Source: Octopus sinensis (lineage: Eukaryota). From it: 64,000 nucleotides of DNA. The stretch spans positions 151,032,001-151,096,000 of the forward strand of contig NC_042998.1 in NCBI RefSeq assembly GCF_006345805.1, written 5' to 3'. This document shows, piece by piece, positions 63,226-64,000 of this stretch; within the stretch, counting starts at the first letter, position 1, and every line of letters begins with the position of its first letter. The notes under the pieces were generated by a model that had not been told where the DNA came from, did no database searches, and worked only from the letters and a program-made list of their open reading frames with translations. A program made the position numbers and the translations under genes.

Positions 63226-63960
63226 TCTATATATAAAACTGAAATGCGTTTTTACCGCTTGGATCGCTTTCAATGCCACTACATCCCGTCCGATTCACTC
63301 CAAAATTTACAGGGACATGTAAAATGAGGTAACGACCCCTATCTTAAAAGGTGTCGTTTCTAGGGGCCAAAAACTCACTTTGACAAGTCCACTCATGTTC
63401 TTTAATGTATCCGTCTTCCTCACTCACTCACGCCCTTCCCCTCTAACTCCCCTTCACATTCTATTTATAACTTCGTGAAACGGAGTTCTTTCCTCTCTTC
63501 CCATCACTTTTTCACTCACTCTATTTCCTCACAGCGCTTTCACACACACTCTCTCTCTCTCTCTCTCTCTACGTCAGTCTGCATTCATAGAGAGAATTAT
63601 CATCGCCACCACTTATGTATATGTCTTCCTCACTCACTCACTCTTTTTCCTATATATAACGACGTTTGGCACCTCCGCCGTCTCTCTTTCTTCTGCAACC
63701 AGTCTATCAATGACAGCCGCAAAAGTTTAAATATTCCTACTTCACCTCTTTCAGAAACGTAACAGATATTATTTTTTGGGGGGGGGTTAAAGGCCACTAC
63801 ATCCCGTCGGATTCACTCCAAAATTTACACCTTTTCTTTCTACCTCTAACTCCCCTTCACTTTCTCTTTATCTCCATTCATAAAGATAATTATCATCGCC
63901 ACCACCACCACCACCACCACCACCACCAACACACAATCATGACAATCTTTCTCTTAAAAC
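63226..63960 (+). mobile_element. Non-autonomous Helitron-like element with internal partial duplication
   Basis: a|TCTATATATAAAACTGAAATGCG start. gccactacatcccgtc.gattcactccaaaatttaca occurs at ~63275 and ~63793. Homologous to 33935-34382. Confidence 0.55.
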
Positions 63961-64000
63961 AAATCATATTTACATTGCAAAATATTTCATTTTTCAGTCC

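Noticed and set aside
1-64000. Numerous [16 protein letters not shown] ORFs
   Set aside because: These are translations of (TA)n, (TG)n and (TACA)n microsatellites.

Overview
Eukaryotic, gene-free, repeat-dense window. The SINE families and the (TA)n/(TACA)n/(TAA)n load look like an Octopus-type cephalopod genome; this is recognised by eye and not database-confirmed. I found no host protein-coding gene, and almost all short ORFs are microsatellite read-throughs. DNA transposon remnants: three Tc1/mariner-superfamily elements (DD37D maT-like, DD34D mariner, DD34E Tc1), a hATm-like fragment and non-autonomous Helitron pieces. Non-LTR retrotransposon fragments: Tx1/L1, CR1, R4/Dong at (TAA)n, and an RTE with three C2H2 fingers. 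There are also tRNA-derived SINEs and at least three lineages of Penelope-like elements (PLEs). The strongest hidden signal is about 15 type I hammerhead ribozyme motifs from roughly 9 unrelated sequence families, folded by hand. They sit at PLE 3' ends or in small non-coding elements embedded in (TA)n tracts. They show family-specific core variants (U3-A8, C4, U6, U10.1-U11.1, long stem II inserts), and many are in fold-back insertions whose two 3' ends point outward. Element boundaries are read by eye and approximate unless a motif is quoted. A 100-N gap lies at 44188-44287.
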